Shown here one piece after another: positions 44,639-55,455 of a DNA stretch of 64,000 nt. Position 1 is the stretch's first letter; each line of letters begins with the position of its first letter. Location: positions 1-64,000 of IMG/VR virus record IMGVR_UViG_3300020229_000001; one strand, 5' to 3'. A model generated the notes under the pieces. That model was not told the origin of the DNA and searched no databases. It saw only the letters and a list, made by a program, of their open reading frames with translations. The translations under genes were made by a program, and so were the position numbers. The DNA is from a virus.

Positions 44639-45472
44639 TTATTTCTTAAATAGCCCGGGATTGCCAGCAAATCCTCCTGCAATTGACCCTGCCGCGCCAA
44701 TACCAGCCCCAACAAGAGCATTGCTTTGATCTGCGTTATGCTGCGCCCCTTGGAGCATAGCCTGTTGGTAGTTCTGCCAGTCTTTTTTGTTAGCTTCCGC
44801 CGCTTGATTGGTAGAAGACATCATCTGATTAATCCAGTCTGTCGTTGTCTGAGCAGCGCCTTGCGTGCGCCCCAGCATCGCTTCTTGAAATCCAGCCCGC
44901 TGTTGCATTCCCTGAGCTTTAGCGGCCTGCTGTGCGCCCAGAATCGAACCAACATCAATGCCTGCGGTGGGTGCTGGATTGCCACCAAGATAAGCTTGCG
45001 CCCGATCTAGATTTGCCCGTCGCATTGCCATCCCTTCGAGCGTTCCAGCGTCGTAGAGCGCCGACTTGCCAACCGTGGAATCAGCCATCCCAGAACCAAG
45101 ATATTTGGCTAACCCCGCACGTTTTGCCCATTGATCCATTTGTTTCTGCCAGTTCCCGGGCGAGAGGTCTTCCTGCATTGCGGCTGGCAGTGACTGGCGC
45201 AACGCTGCCATTTCTGGGTTGGTCTGCTTTTCAAGCTCCTTCGACTTAAAGGAGTTAATTGCAGCAATTTCGCCAGCTTGCGTTGACATGCCATCCTGCC
45301 CCCAGATGTCAGGAGTCCAGCTTTCCAAAGGCATGTTAGCAGCAAAGCCAAGCAGCCTGTTTTGTTGGGCCATCTGTTGGGTGCCCAGAGCCGACTGCAT
45401 GCCAAGTTGCGCCGCCGAAAGGGCAGGATCTGGGCGAGTGATAAAAGCTGAAGGGTCAACGGAAGATCCCAT
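44639..45472 (-). CDS. Ejection (pilot-like) protein
   Basis: Gln/Ala-rich with C-terminal Gly-rich hydrophobic helix (ALVGAGIGAAGSIAGG). Confidence 0.65.
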   Translation of the reverse strand: MGSSVDPSAFITRPDPALSAAQLGMQSALGTQQMAQQNRLLGFAANMPLESWTPDIWGQDGMSTQAGEIAAINSFKSKELEKQTNPEMAALRQSLPAAMQEDLSPGNWQKQMDQWAKRAGLAKYLGSGMADSTVGKSALYDAGTLEGMAMRRANLDRAQAYLGGNPAPTAGIDVGSILGAQQAAKAQGMQQRAGFQEAMLGRTQGAAQTTTDWINQMMSSTNQAAEANKKDWQNYQQAMLQGAQHNADQSNALVGAGIGAAGSIAGGFAGNPGLFKK

Positions 45473-45476
45473 AGTT

Positions 45477-45866
45477 TTAAAAGGTAGGATAGTACAATTC
45501 TCTGTTAAGTCTAGTTAATCCAAGTTTTTTCATTATGTCTTCTGAAAAATTGCCGATTCCATTGTTGTTGTTGGACGGAACTGCAATGTAGCCCGGATTG
45601 CCTGATAGTTGAGAGTGTGTTTTCCAGTCATTCATCACCTGAACAACGTCCCTTGGCTTAGTGTGTTCAGGGTGGAACGCTGGGTATGCTGTTGGGATAA
45701 AGACCTGATCAATGTATCCAAACAAGCGCCCATTTTTGTAATTTGCATAAACCACAATGTTTGGATGTGGCGTTATGACGTGGTTAAACGATTTTGCAAA
45801 CTCTTGAAGTTCAGAGAATTCAGGAGTTCCGTCTTGTGTTTTTCTGTAATGGATGGAATTTATCAT
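45477..45866 (-). CDS. Small tail-module protein, GNAT-like (T7 gp13 position)
   Basis: Position after nozzle gene; MKKLGL.R..RE.Y C-terminus. Confidence 0.45.
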   Translation of the reverse strand: MINSIHYRKTQDGTPEFSELQEFAKSFNHVITPHPNIVVYANYKNGRLFGYIDQVFIPTAYPAFHPEHTKPRDVVQVMNDWKTHSQLSGNPGYIAVPSNNNNGIGNFSEDIMKKLGLTRLNRELYYPTF

Positions 45867-45867
45867 T

Positions 45868-46113
45868 TTATGGGAATAATTGAACACTTACCGTTTCGTC
45901 AGCGATAGAAATGTTCTTGGTTGCTTCGTAAGCTATGACTTGCGCCCGTTGTGTGGAATTTCCGCAAACTACGCACGGGACACACCCAGAGCCAACGCCA
46001 CTTATTAGCGGAATACTGGAATACAAGGGGATAATTCCATCATTGCCATATGGAGAGACAAATTTGTTTGGAAAAACCGAAACCGCCGTTGATGCCGATT
46101 TAATGGATGGCAT
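45868..46113 (-). CDS. Small Cys-cluster virion protein
   Basis: MPSIKSA...GCVPCVVCG. Confidence 0.55.
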   Translation of the reverse strand: MPSIKSASTAVSVFPNKFVSPYGNDGIIPLYSSIPLISGVGSGCVPCVVCGNSTQRAQVIAYEATKNISIADETVSVQLFP

Positions 46114-46114
46114 A

Positions 46115-48256
46115 TTATGCGATTGGAGGGTGAAGCGCCCTATATTGTTGCGCAGCCAACTGCGCTTCTGCTGTTGCTTTTGCAAGCGCAATAGCGTCAG
46201 CGTCAGCCTGTGAAATGTACGACGTTGCTGTAGCGGTGGCTGTGGCAACGGCATTTCCGCGCCTCCCCGAAATGGCACCGACTTGAACGGAGGCTGTTTT
46301 TGTAGCGGTCCAAACCATCCTTTGGCTGTTTGGATTTTCTTGCGGGGCAGGAGCCAGTGAAACCAGTGTTGTTGCCCCCGTTTCGCCTAAAACACAGAAT
46401 TGCGTCTCGTTGAAAGTTACCTGACCAGTAGAGCGGTCTTGGAACGGATCTTGATACATGCGAAGGGCCTCGACACCAAGGCCGCCGCACCACTCGATTA
46501 AAAGCGAAAACGCCTTGTCAATATTAAGCAAAAAGTTGCTTTCGCAGCTCTTTTCCGTTGAATTTGGTTGCACGGATTCCGTGATAAGCCTGCGGTGTTG
46601 AGTTTGAAGAAACCCAAATTTATCAATGTTATTTGATTCGTAGCTTGTCTCGTACTCGTAACCTTCCGTGGCGGCTAAGATGCGAGTGCTTAAAATAGGT
46701 TGGTAAGTACCCTTGCTGCCTCTGTAACTAATCTTAACGTCAACAGTCCCTGCAATTTGACCGCAATCAACTTCAGCGTAGGCCAACTGCTTTAAGTCCA
46801 TGCTGTCTCCGAGCAGCGCTGTTTCCATCTGGCAGTAAATTCGATTCACCAAAGTGGTTGTGCTGCCATCCTCGTTGATATTTAGGTAAGTGTCATACCT
46901 TTCTGGCACAAATGCTTCCCAAAGGTGGATGTGCGAGCCGTCGTTTGTACGCCCGTAATCTACCGAAAACGCAAAGATCCTCGGCGCACTCGTGACAACC
47001 CCAGAAACCCACTCAATAGGGCGAATCCCTGTCCAGACTCCGGCCCAAGCAGGGTTCCTAGCTTGGTTCCACTCGGCGGCGGCGGCATAATCGAGCATCA
47101 TCGTTACCGAGTTGACGGGCTCAAGGTAAGGTATTGAGCAAAGTAGGTAATTTTCAAACGAGGCAGAACAAATGCCAGACAAGTTGGACGACATAAGCCG
47201 TTTGGCCTTTGCCATCTCCACATCCTTGTACAGCACCTGCGACGAAAGATAACTGCTAGCGGCAACGTCCGCGCTTACAAGCCCACCTTGCGAGTACCAC
47301 CACATCATCCCGGCTTGGAACGCAATGCTTTTCCCAGCAATGCACCCCACAGTGGGGTAGAGGACGTTCTGAAAGTTCGCGGTAGTCGCCCACTGCGCTC
47401 GGTCAAGAATCCCAGACGCTAGCGAATAGGTTGAACGGTCAGTCCAGACGTAGAGTCGAGAGTCGTTATTCTGCCCGACATAGTCCTGCATGGCGGTAAT
47501 TCTACGCGGGACCGAAAAATCACCTCTACCCGATCCAATCGTGCGTTCAATCCAACTGAGGGGATCGCCAAGATCTGACGCTGAAATAATATTTCCAGAC
47601 GCAACCCAAAGGCGGTTTCCGGAAAATGCCATCCAATAGCCGATTGGAATGTCTTTTAATTGCGTTCCAGTTTGGTCTGAGCCATCCCAAACACCAGCAT
47701 ATCGCACTCCATCTTGAACAACGATAATTCGATGCGCGGGCGTGATTGAGAAGTCGCCGCCAGACGAGATGGTTGCTGTCTTGGTAGCAGTTACGAAATT
47801 GACCCGTTCAACATTAGGGTCTAAAGAGATGCCTGCCAGCAGGTAGTCGTTCCAGTTCTTGGGCTGAACCAGCGGGAATGGGCAGTAATAAACCTTGCCA
47901 TCGACGGAAAACACAATGTAGGGCAACTCGGACTCCTCAGACTGACCACCTTCAGGCGTGTAGATTGTAGCGACCTGCGAAATCTCTACACCATAAAGAT
48001 TTGTGTACGTTGAACTCGCCTTGTACTGCTTGTTGGAATTAAAAAGTATTCCGCCTTGGAAGTTGCCACTTGGAAGCGAAAGCCGCATGGCAAACCCCGG
48101 GCGAGTTTGAACAATACCTCCGCGAACGGTAACATTTTGCCCCCATTTAAACTGGTCCTCTGGCAGGGTCCACGGGTTGCGAACTGAGTTAACTCCATGC
48201 GTCCACCCAGCGGAAACCTTATTGAGCCGCCCAGAAGTAATATTTGGGCTTTTCAT
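46115..48256 (-). CDS. Tail nozzle/stabilisation protein (T7 gp12 / P22 gp10-like)
   Basis: GVNS...P..LP..Q.....N...RGG...TRPG start, NRLWVA..SDLGDP..W beta-propeller motifs; 713 aa. Confidence 0.75.
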   Translation of the reverse strand: MKSPNITSGRLNKVSAGWTHGVNSVRNPWTLPEDQFKWGQNVTVRGGIVQTRPGFAMRLSLPSGNFQGGILFNSNKQYKASSTYTNLYGVEISQVATIYTPEGGQSEESELPYIVFSVDGKVYYCPFPLVQPKNWNDYLLAGISLDPNVERVNFVTATKTATISSGGDFSITPAHRIIVVQDGVRYAGVWDGSDQTGTQLKDIPIGYWMAFSGNRLWVASGNIISASDLGDPLSWIERTIGSGRGDFSVPRRITAMQDYVGQNNDSRLYVWTDRSTYSLASGILDRAQWATTANFQNVLYPTVGCIAGKSIAFQAGMMWWYSQGGLVSADVAASSYLSSQVLYKDVEMAKAKRLMSSNLSGICSASFENYLLCSIPYLEPVNSVTMMLDYAAAAEWNQARNPAWAGVWTGIRPIEWVSGVVTSAPRIFAFSVDYGRTNDGSHIHLWEAFVPERYDTYLNINEDGSTTTLVNRIYCQMETALLGDSMDLKQLAYAEVDCGQIAGTVDVKISYRGSKGTYQPILSTRILAATEGYEYETSYESNNIDKFGFLQTQHRRLITESVQPNSTEKSCESNFLLNIDKAFSLLIEWCGGLGVEALRMYQDPFQDRSTGQVTFNETQFCVLGETGATTLVSLAPAPQENPNSQRMVWTATKTASVQVGAISGRRGNAVATATATATSYISQADADAIALAKATAEAQLAAQQYRALHPPIA

Positions 48257-48257
48257 A

Positions 48258-51200
48258 CTAGAACATTACGCAATCGGTTCCATCTCCGTATGTTATGTTG
48301 TTTATCTGCGGAGGTTGCATGGCATGCCCGTCCATTGAATCGCTTTCGCTGCGCAAATACATAACGGATGCCTGCCAATACTTTTGCGCTTGATCAAGAA
48401 AGTCTTTGTCTTCCAAATCAACCGCATGAACGCCAGCAATAATTGCGCGGGCGTTTTCAAGCGGAATGTAGTCGTAAACACTCGTGATTTCAGGGCACTT
48501 TACGCGATAAATCAAGCGAACCCACGCGGATTGCTGGCCAATGCGAATGCGCCGATACTTTGGGTTGGTCTCGGACGGGTGATACTGCCCGATCAGCGCC
48601 ATATCGTTTGAGCGCCCATAATCAAAAGCGTAGAGCGAAACATAGCCAATCGTTAGTGGCTTTTCAATGTGTTGCACTGACTTCACTAAAATTGGATCAA
48701 GGATGGAATCGATGTAGAAAATGGAATCGATAGTGTCCCCAGTGCTCAGAAAGTCTATTCTTCCAGTGATGCTGGATGTTGTGGTTGCATGTGGCTTGGT
48801 GTCATACAGCTCCACAAAATTATCTCCAATAGCCCGGGCGTAATAAGTCGAAGAGTCAGACAATGGAACGGGAAGCGTGTCGCCCTGATTTGCCCGAACC
48901 AGAACTTGATCCCCCGTGTTTAAAATAGAATTTCCTGCAATTACTGCCGTGGATGGCTCGACTGTAAAATCGCGAGAAATATCAAGCGACAAATACCCCT
49001 CGCCAAGATTAGTAAAAACAATCGGCGTTCCGTTTTGTAAGGTTATTGAAACTTTTCCCTTTATTACAGACAACAAGTATACAGTCGATGCACTCAAAGG
49101 CGCAGGCAATACTCCCGTGGTTGAAGAAAACTTCACCCTCATGCCCGATAACAGGTAAGTCAAGTACGATGGGATAATTTCGTTGTTTGCAACTATTCCA
49201 CCACTGCGAGCGCCATAAGCGTAATACGCTTGCCCAGCTCCAAGTTCTTGGACTTGCAATAAGACAGTGGCACCAGAATCCGTGTAAACTCCTGCGCTAA
49301 AATTACTTACTGCCTTTAGGTAATACGTTTGCGCTACACTTGATGGTGGTGAAGTTATTGGCAACTCGTAATCTGTTTGCAACCTTACTGGAAGGACAGT
49401 GGTGATTGCAGAAAAGTCTCCATTCCAATAATTAGTAAATCCAATCGCGAATGTTCTGGAAATAACCAAGTACAAAGTGCCACTTCCAGTTGACGTTACG
49501 TTTACGTCCGTAAAATCAGCATTTTTGACGGTGAACGAGTTTCCAGAAGACGGATTTTCAGCCCGATACGACTGCCCCTGCACGAGAGGAATCGGAAGCG
49601 TTCCAGTGGACGAGAATTGAATAAAAACACCAGTGGACGGCAACACGGAAACCGTAGGCGCTGTAGTATATCCTGTGCCTTCAGTAACGACATTTACATT
49701 TGTCACAACGCCAGTGTATTCAAACGAGAATGTTGCCCCTCCTCCCCCTGCGGGAGAGAAAGAAATTTGCGGGTTACTGTAGCCGTATCCGTAATTAGTG
49801 ATTGTTATTCCCGTGATCTTTCCAGCGGAGACGGCGACTGACGCAGTTGCGCCAGTTCCAGTTCCGCTAGATCCGTCCGTGATGAGAGCGGTCAAAGAAG
49901 ACGAATATCCAGAACCCTGCGTAAGTACGTTAATTTTACCGATCCCAAATTGATCCAGCACCGCAGTTGCGCTAGCGCCTGTTCCGCCTCCGCCAGAGAT
50001 GTTGACGGCAGGGACGTTCTGGTATCCAGATCCGCCATTTTCAACAACGTACTCGGATACAAATGACGTTGTGATGGTGCTAGATGCCGTTGCCGTTTTA
50101 GGAAGGCTGCTTGAGAACGTAATTGCGGGCGTTGAGCCTCCTGTCATCACGCTAATCGACGTTATTGTCACCCCCGTTGGAGGCGTAATTACAATTGTAT
50201 CGTTGGATGTTGGAGAAACGGCGGCGGAATAACCTCCAACCGTAATTAAAGGAGCCAAACCAGCGGCAACTGTGGAAACGGACGGGGCAGCGGGGGTATT
50301 GGTAAATGTAGCAGACAACAAATTTGTAGCTAACCCATTGACTGTAAGTGAAGTTACGGTTGCGTTTTGTACGCCCGGGCTAGCAATTGTGAGCTGCGGC
50401 TTTAGCTGCTGCGGGGCGCTAATGGTCACTCGTGGCGGATACAGGTAGCCCTGTCCTGACGAAGTGATGTTAATCCCGTTTACAGAACCCGTAATAGAGT
50501 TTACGGACAAAGAAGCCGCTGCATCCGATCCATATGGCAAAAGTGTAACTCCAGTGATTGTGCCGCTTCCATTGAGAACCAAGGACGCTTTTGCGTGGAA
50601 TCCGCCAGTCGAAAGACCACCAATAAAAACAACCTTTGGTAAATTTGCGACCGTGTAGCCCAATCCGCCGCTGTTAATTTGTATTGAAGCCACATAACTA
50701 AATCCAGTGGCTACGTCAGTGCCAAGGATTGCTTGGAGCGATGCCGCTGTCGTATATGTGCCGCCCACAAGAGACAAATTTGGAGCGGCTGCGTACTTGT
50801 ATCCTCCAATGTCTGAAATTGTGGCCGTTGCCGTTGTGTAGCCTGCGCCCCCAGTCACCAACGTCATCAACGTGATTGGCCCGGAAACGCGAGCTGTGAT
50901 AAGAGCACCTGACCCAGTTGCAGGCGGAAGCGTCAAACCAGAAACGGAAATGTTATTTTTAGTTCCGGGCGATGCTGTTGCCGTTAAAAGTTTAGCAATA
51001 CTGTTCTGGCCAGACCCCGCCGTAGTCAACGCAATTGGGCTAGACCCACTCAGTGCATCCGAGTAACTGTTATGTAATGTAACCGCTGGAAGTAATTCAT
51101 CTGGCAACACATACACATAATAATTCTGGCCAATAATTAACGGCTGAGGAAGGGTGCCTCCAGCAGTATTTGCTTGAACTATGTCCCCAGAGGAGTAATT

Positions 51201-52316
51201 TGGGTCGGACGTAAAAACCAATTTAGTTTGAGGACTAAATGGCTTGCGAATGTAAGTCGTCAAGTCGCTCGATGAGCCAGATAAATAAATTGGATTTGTA
51301 GAATTTTGAGCATCACGGAGCGAAGCGTAAACCTGCAAATTTACAACAGCACTTGATCCAGAGTCAACTTGCTGGGCAAAATAAGTTGTATTTATTTGCA
51401 ATGGAACTGGAAGCGGATTTGCCCCACGAATTGCAAATGTAACTTCGTTGGGAGAGTCAATCGGCACTGGAGGAACGCCATCTTTTAGCGTGACAACCGT
51501 AGAAAGCTGGGTTGGACGAGAGTCCGTAAGGTTTATCCCAGTTGAGCCAACAATAGACGACATCTTGTACGGGTTTGTCCCGTATTGAGCGTCCAACTCG
51601 TTGTCGTAAAGCTCAACTTCAGTGCTGGATATCACTCCAGTGTAGTACTTTTGCTTGTCCTCAAGGCCCGCTGGCATTGTGCCTGTAGCAGTTAGCTGAA
51701 CAGACTGCCCAGAGGATAGCTGGTGCGGGGTGCTGGAAAGTAGCGTGGTAATTGGATCAACAGCAACTGACCGAGTTGTGATCGTCACGCCATCGGGCTG
51801 GATTGTCCCGTAAGGAAAGTCGCTTTGCGCCCGGACGGTGACCAACAGTCCGTCAACGGTTGTCCCGTCTCCTAATTGCGCCCGCAATTCGCGGTTGTTG
51901 CCGTCGGTTCCAATTACCCGGATAACTTTCCCTGCATCGGCTTCATGTTCAGCAACCGCAACAAGCTGGGACGGCTGACGAATATCCATTTGAGTCGCCA
52001 CCATCCCCCGGTCGTCCCATGCCCACCCGACAGGGTTGTACATGCCCCCTTTGTTGATATTGTACTGAAAAAGCCGCCCCCTAAAGTACATTGGAGACCC
52101 ATCAACATTGACTGCCAGAGGTACTTCTATGCCTCTTGGCAGGGTTATTGTCTGCCCGTCCCATCCTGAACATACATCGACCTCAGCGTTCGTATGAAAA
52201 TAGTGCCCACTCTGCATGAGCACCTGAACAGCTTGCGTCAATTTCCGGAAAGCCTTGGGTTTGTCTGTGGTCCCGAGGATCTCAAGAATTTCGTCGATGA
52301 TTTGGGAGACAAACAT
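48258..52316 (-). CDS. Head-tail adaptor-like protein with large repeat insertion
   Basis: Adaptor-like N- and C-terminal helices; interior LP.PL....YY and I..GSGY...P.V repeats. Confidence 0.65.
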   Translation of the reverse strand: MFVSQIIDEILEILGTTDKPKAFRKLTQAVQVLMQSGHYFHTNAEVDVCSGWDGQTITLPRGIEVPLAVNVDGSPMYFRGRLFQYNINKGGMYNPVGWAWDDRGMVATQMDIRQPSQLVAVAEHEADAGKVIRVIGTDGNNRELRAQLGDGTTVDGLLVTVRAQSDFPYGTIQPDGVTITTRSVAVDPITTLLSSTPHQLSSGQSVQLTATGTMPAGLEDKQKYYTGVISSTEVELYDNELDAQYGTNPYKMSSIVGSTGINLTDSRPTQLSTVVTLKDGVPPVPIDSPNEVTFAIRGANPLPVPLQINTTYFAQQVDSGSSAVVNLQVYASLRDAQNSTNPIYLSGSSSDLTTYIRKPFSPQTKLVFTSDPNYSSGDIVQANTAGGTLPQPLIIGQNYYVYVLPDELLPAVTLHNSYSDALSGSSPIALTTAGSGQNSIAKLLTATASPGTKNNISVSGLTLPPATGSGALITARVSGPITLMTLVTGGAGYTTATATISDIGGYKYAAAPNLSLVGGTYTTAASLQAILGTDVATGFSYVASIQINSGGLGYTVANLPKVVFIGGLSTGGFHAKASLVLNGSGTITGVTLLPYGSDAAASLSVNSITGSVNGINITSSGQGYLYPPRVTISAPQQLKPQLTIASPGVQNATVTSLTVNGLATNLLSATFTNTPAAPSVSTVAAGLAPLITVGGYSAAVSPTSNDTIVITPPTGVTITSISVMTGGSTPAITFSSSLPKTATASSTITTSFVSEYVVENGGSGYQNVPAVNISGGGGTGASATAVLDQFGIGKINVLTQGSGYSSSLTALITDGSSGTGTGATASVAVSAGKITGITITNYGYGYSNPQISFSPAGGGGATFSFEYTGVVTNVNVVTEGTGYTTAPTVSVLPSTGVFIQFSSTGTLPIPLVQGQSYRAENPSSGNSFTVKNADFTDVNVTSTGSGTLYLVISRTFAIGFTNYWNGDFSAITTVLPVRLQTDYELPITSPPSSVAQTYYLKAVSNFSAGVYTDSGATVLLQVQELGAGQAYYAYGARSGGIVANNEIIPSYLTYLLSGMRVKFSSTTGVLPAPLSASTVYLLSVIKGKVSITLQNGTPIVFTNLGEGYLSLDISRDFTVEPSTAVIAGNSILNTGDQVLVRANQGDTLPVPLSDSSTYYARAIGDNFVELYDTKPHATTTSSITGRIDFLSTGDTIDSIFYIDSILDPILVKSVQHIEKPLTIGYVSLYAFDYGRSNDMALIGQYHPSETNPKYRRIRIGQQSAWVRLIYRVKCPEITSVYDYIPLENARAIIAGVHAVDLEDKDFLDQAQKYWQASVMYLRSESDSMDGHAMQPPQINNITYGDGTDCVMF

Positions 52317-52322
52317 GGGCGA

Positions 52323-52685
52323 TTATCGGGACTTCAAGTTGCCTTCTTCCATCATTGAGCGCAGAAAATCTTCATCTTCGGGAGCCGCTCCACCGGGAGG
52401 CATTTCTCCGCCCATGTCGCCGCCCATGTCAGGAGGCATTTCTCCACCCCCGGGAGGCGCTCCTGCGGCCTGTTGGTTGACCTCTTTGGCAAGCTGATCG
52501 AGGCCGCTGGCCAACTGCATCACAATTTGATGCATGGTATCAAAGGCGGCTTTTGGGAGATTGATCATTACATCCCCGCCGGGTCCGCCGGGTCCGCCGG
52601 GAGGCATTGAGGGATCGCCGCCTCCGTAAGAAGGTGATGGCATGGAGCTTGGGTCGTTAGGAGGCATTGTTTTGTCGGTGGCCAT
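52323..52685 (-). CDS. Pro/Gly/Met-rich protein
   Basis: Low-complexity flanks around one helix. Confidence 0.6.
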   Translation of the reverse strand: MATDKTMPPNDPSSMPSPSYGGGDPSMPPGGPGGPGGDVMINLPKAAFDTMHQIVMQLASGLDQLAKEVNQQAAGAPPGGGEMPPDMGGDMGGEMPPGGAAPEDEDFLRSMMEEGNLKSR

Positions 52686-52723
52686 AATGGTTGTGTGTAA
52701 AAGTCAAAATTTTCCTAAAAAAA

Positions 52724-53425
52724 TTACCATTGAAGTGGCGTCATGTACAACCAATTCATTCTGGTACATCTGCCCTCGTGCCGAATGTAATCTAAGACGT
52801 AATCAGGCAACACTATGCCTTCCGGGAGCCTTGGAATTGTCTTATTCCAGTCGTCTACAATGTTGATGATCCTGTGGGTTCGCTGAAATCTAGCTATCAG
52901 CTCGTTTGTGACGCCCATCCTAAAACAATCGTGCATTTCTACAGTGATTGTAGCCCTCGATAAGTCCGGGGCTTCTGCCGGGTTTAGTAAGTCAGCCTCA
53001 GCTCCTTCTATATCCACAAAGACCCAAGGGTTATTGCTCCCGGCAAGAGCCGCCTGAAGGCTCTGATTATTGAACTCGTTCCGAAACGTGTAATCTGAAA
53101 TCCCATTCAAGTTACACGACAGCTTGACCTGTTCCAAGCAGGCGGAATCGATGTCCACCATGAGCAAGTTTGTGCTTGGGCTTCTGAGTTTCACCCCGAC
53201 TCCATAATAGCCGTCCCCACAACCAATATTGATAAAAAGGTCGTGGTTTTTAGCCAGTTCGGAATTAATGCTTCTGTGGATTGGCTGCTCAAATGTCCCC
53301 AAAAGTTTCACAACGGAATGACCAACTCCGAAATGAGCAATGTCACTCATCTGCATCCCCATAAATGGCCCAGAGATTGCCTTTCCAAGGCAGGCGGCGT
53401 GAATCTTGCGCTCAATGTCTTCCAT
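52724..53425 (-). CDS. SAM-dependent methyltransferase (FkbM-like)
   Basis: KLLGTFE, FINIGCGDGYY, VDIEGAE.DLL, VEMHD. Confidence 0.8.
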   Translation of the reverse strand: MEDIERKIHAACLGKAISGPFMGMQMSDIAHFGVGHSVVKLLGTFEQPIHRSINSELAKNHDLFINIGCGDGYYGVGVKLRSPSTNLLMVDIDSACLEQVKLSCNLNGISDYTFRNEFNNQSLQAALAGSNNPWVFVDIEGAEADLLNPAEAPDLSRATITVEMHDCFRMGVTNELIARFQRTHRIINIVDDWNKTIPRLPEGIVLPDYVLDYIRHEGRCTRMNWLYMTPLQW

Positions 53426-53426
53426 A

Positions 53427-54320
53427 TTATTCAATTAATTTTACCCAAGGTTCGATGCGGTTACTCCAGTCAAAATTTTCCCTAGCGTACTGCTGAGACC
53501 GCTCGCAGGTTTCTTTGTAGATTATCGGGTCTTGGTGCGCCAGCAAAGCAGCTCTAGCGTCTTTTACCCACTCATCTTCCGGGAGACGGCAATTGATGCC
53601 AAAATTCCCGTCAAAGTAGCCAACCCCGGCGGAGCACAAAACCAATCGGCCAGCAGCCGCCGCTTCCATCATGGGCAGTCCGCAGGCTTCATAGCTAGAG
53701 GGCAACAAAAGAGCGTCTATCGTCTGGTAGAACGAAGCCATGCACAAATGATGCATGAAATTGTGGTCTTTAAACTCAAGCGGCAACCCATCCAGCACCC
53801 TTGGGATAAGTTCTTTTCGTTTGCAGTCAACTCCATCAGGACGGTTATGGAACAGCGCCCCGGCGTACCCGGCAATCTTCACTGCATTGCCTATAGGCGA
53901 GTAGAAAAAGTCAAAATCAATGCCGTTGAGTACGACATCTGGAATTCGCGTCAGCCCAAACTGCTGACTAGACGATACCAGCGACTCGTGGACAGCTCCG
54001 TAGGCTTTCAGGCCGTCAAACATCTCAGGACCAGCAGCCATGACTGCTTTGTGGATGTCGTCGTCGGCGTGAGCAACCGTAATGATCCGCTCTTTTGGAA
54101 TTCCAAAAGTCTGCATCAAAACAGGAACCTGCGGAGGGTTTGTGTACCAGTACTCAAACTTTTGCCGCAAGTACTCTATCTCAAGAGCACTGTAGCTCAG
54201 ATTCCAGTCGAGAATGTGAGAGTAAATACCATGCTCCCACAGCCTTTTAATGAGGGCATTGTGGATTGTTCCAAACGCCCAAGCGTTCCGCGTAAAAAAC
54301 AGGACAGAACGGCTATACAT
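53427..54320 (-). CDS. Glycosyltransferase, GT-B (GT4-like)
   Basis: NGIDFDFF, FY..ID.LL.PS..EACGLPMMEAAAAG, ENFDW. Confidence 0.85.
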   Translation of the reverse strand: MYSRSVLFFTRNAWAFGTIHNALIKRLWEHGIYSHILDWNLSYSALEIEYLRQKFEYWYTNPPQVPVLMQTFGIPKERIITVAHADDDIHKAVMAAGPEMFDGLKAYGAVHESLVSSSQQFGLTRIPDVVLNGIDFDFFYSPIGNAVKIAGYAGALFHNRPDGVDCKRKELIPRVLDGLPLEFKDHNFMHHLCMASFYQTIDALLLPSSYEACGLPMMEAAAAGRLVLCSAGVGYFDGNFGINCRLPEDEWVKDARAALLAHQDPIIYKETCERSQQYARENFDWSNRIEPWVKLIE

Positions 54321-55455
54321 ACAGGCTCTTGTAATCCAACCCGAGCGAAGTCAATGGTCTGTCGTGCAACTCGTACCAGCCTTTGCCGTGCATTACGTCC
54401 GAGAAATCGGCAAACGCCCGTTCAAACTTGGGGCGCACCGCATCGAGCGAGAAATTGTCCTGAGCAAAACGAATCATTCGGTCCCGGTTAATAGTTGGAA
54501 CAAGCCTAATGGCCCGGAGGATATCTCCCATTGTGTTGCACCTAAATCCATTCACGCCATCAACGATATATTCTGTCATTGCCCCCGAGTCAGTACAGAC
54601 CGGGACACAGCCCGACAGCATTGATTCAACGGCAGTTCCGCCAAACGGCTCCCAGTATGTTGAGAGGAGGAATGAAAACGATGCCTCCCCTAGTAGGCGC
54701 TTTCGCGTCTCAAGGTCTGCGTATCCAATGTACTCGACGTGATCTGGCCATTTCTCGTACCCCACGTCCCGTGGGCCTCCCTGCCCGGCCACGACCAGTT
54801 TAATGCCAGCCCGGAACGAAGCCTCAATTGCGATATCAACGCCTTTATTTGGGCCGATGCGGCCCAGCGCAACGGCATAAGGCTGACGCTCGCTTTTTGC
54901 CTCAAAGTCTCGAAGATCAAAATAGTTTGGGACAACACGTCCATACCATTCTGGGTTGCAATAAGCGACAGTTTGCGTCCCGGCAAAAGCCGCCTTGAGC
55001 GGATAGGACTCGTAGCATCTAAATTGAGCAAAAGCGTACCCAGAGCCAATCCCGGGTTCCACGATGATCAGATCGCCGTCTTTGTTTGCGTCATGCGCGG
55101 ACTGAGCCGTGCCGCCCCAAAAGCACAAAACAAAGTCTCCCCGTTGCTTTCGAGCGTAGATCTCTTTACCAGCGTTTTCGTTAAACGTCTTGTGGGCGTG
55201 GTCGTCGATTGAATGTTTAAACAACCCCTTTTTCCAATCGTACCCCCCGTAAGCCTTTTTGAGAGTTTCGTTGTCGGTGACCGTCACCTGCTCGTCGGCA
55301 TCCGTCACAGAGTCTTTGTGGCCGTAGTGAATTGTCTTATAGCCACGTCCCTTGAACATGGTCAGAAACTTACGCACCTTTTGGGTAAAGGCGCACGCTA
55401 CATAGTCAGCGTTGGAAATTGTATGTGGAAGTCCAAGGCAATGTATCTGAGTCAT
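54313..55455 (-). CDS. Glycosyltransferase, GT4-like
   Basis: LGRIGPNKG, EPFGGTAVESMLSG.PV...D.G...E.I.DGVNGF. Confidence 0.9.
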   Translation of the reverse strand: MTQIHCLGLPHTISNADYVACAFTQKVRKFLTMFKGRGYKTIHYGHKDSVTDADEQVTVTDNETLKKAYGGYDWKKGLFKHSIDDHAHKTFNENAGKEIYARKQRGDFVLCFWGGTAQSAHDANKDGDLIIVEPGIGSGYAFAQFRCYESYPLKAAFAGTQTVAYCNPEWYGRVVPNYFDLRDFEAKSERQPYAVALGRIGPNKGVDIAIEASFRAGIKLVVAGQGGPRDVGYEKWPDHVEYIGYADLETRKRLLGEASFSFLLSTYWEPFGGTAVESMLSGCVPVCTDSGAMTEYIVDGVNGFRCNTMGDILRAIRLVPTINRDRMIRFAQDNFSLDAVRPKFERAFADFSDVMHGKGWYELHDRPLTSLGLDYKSLYV

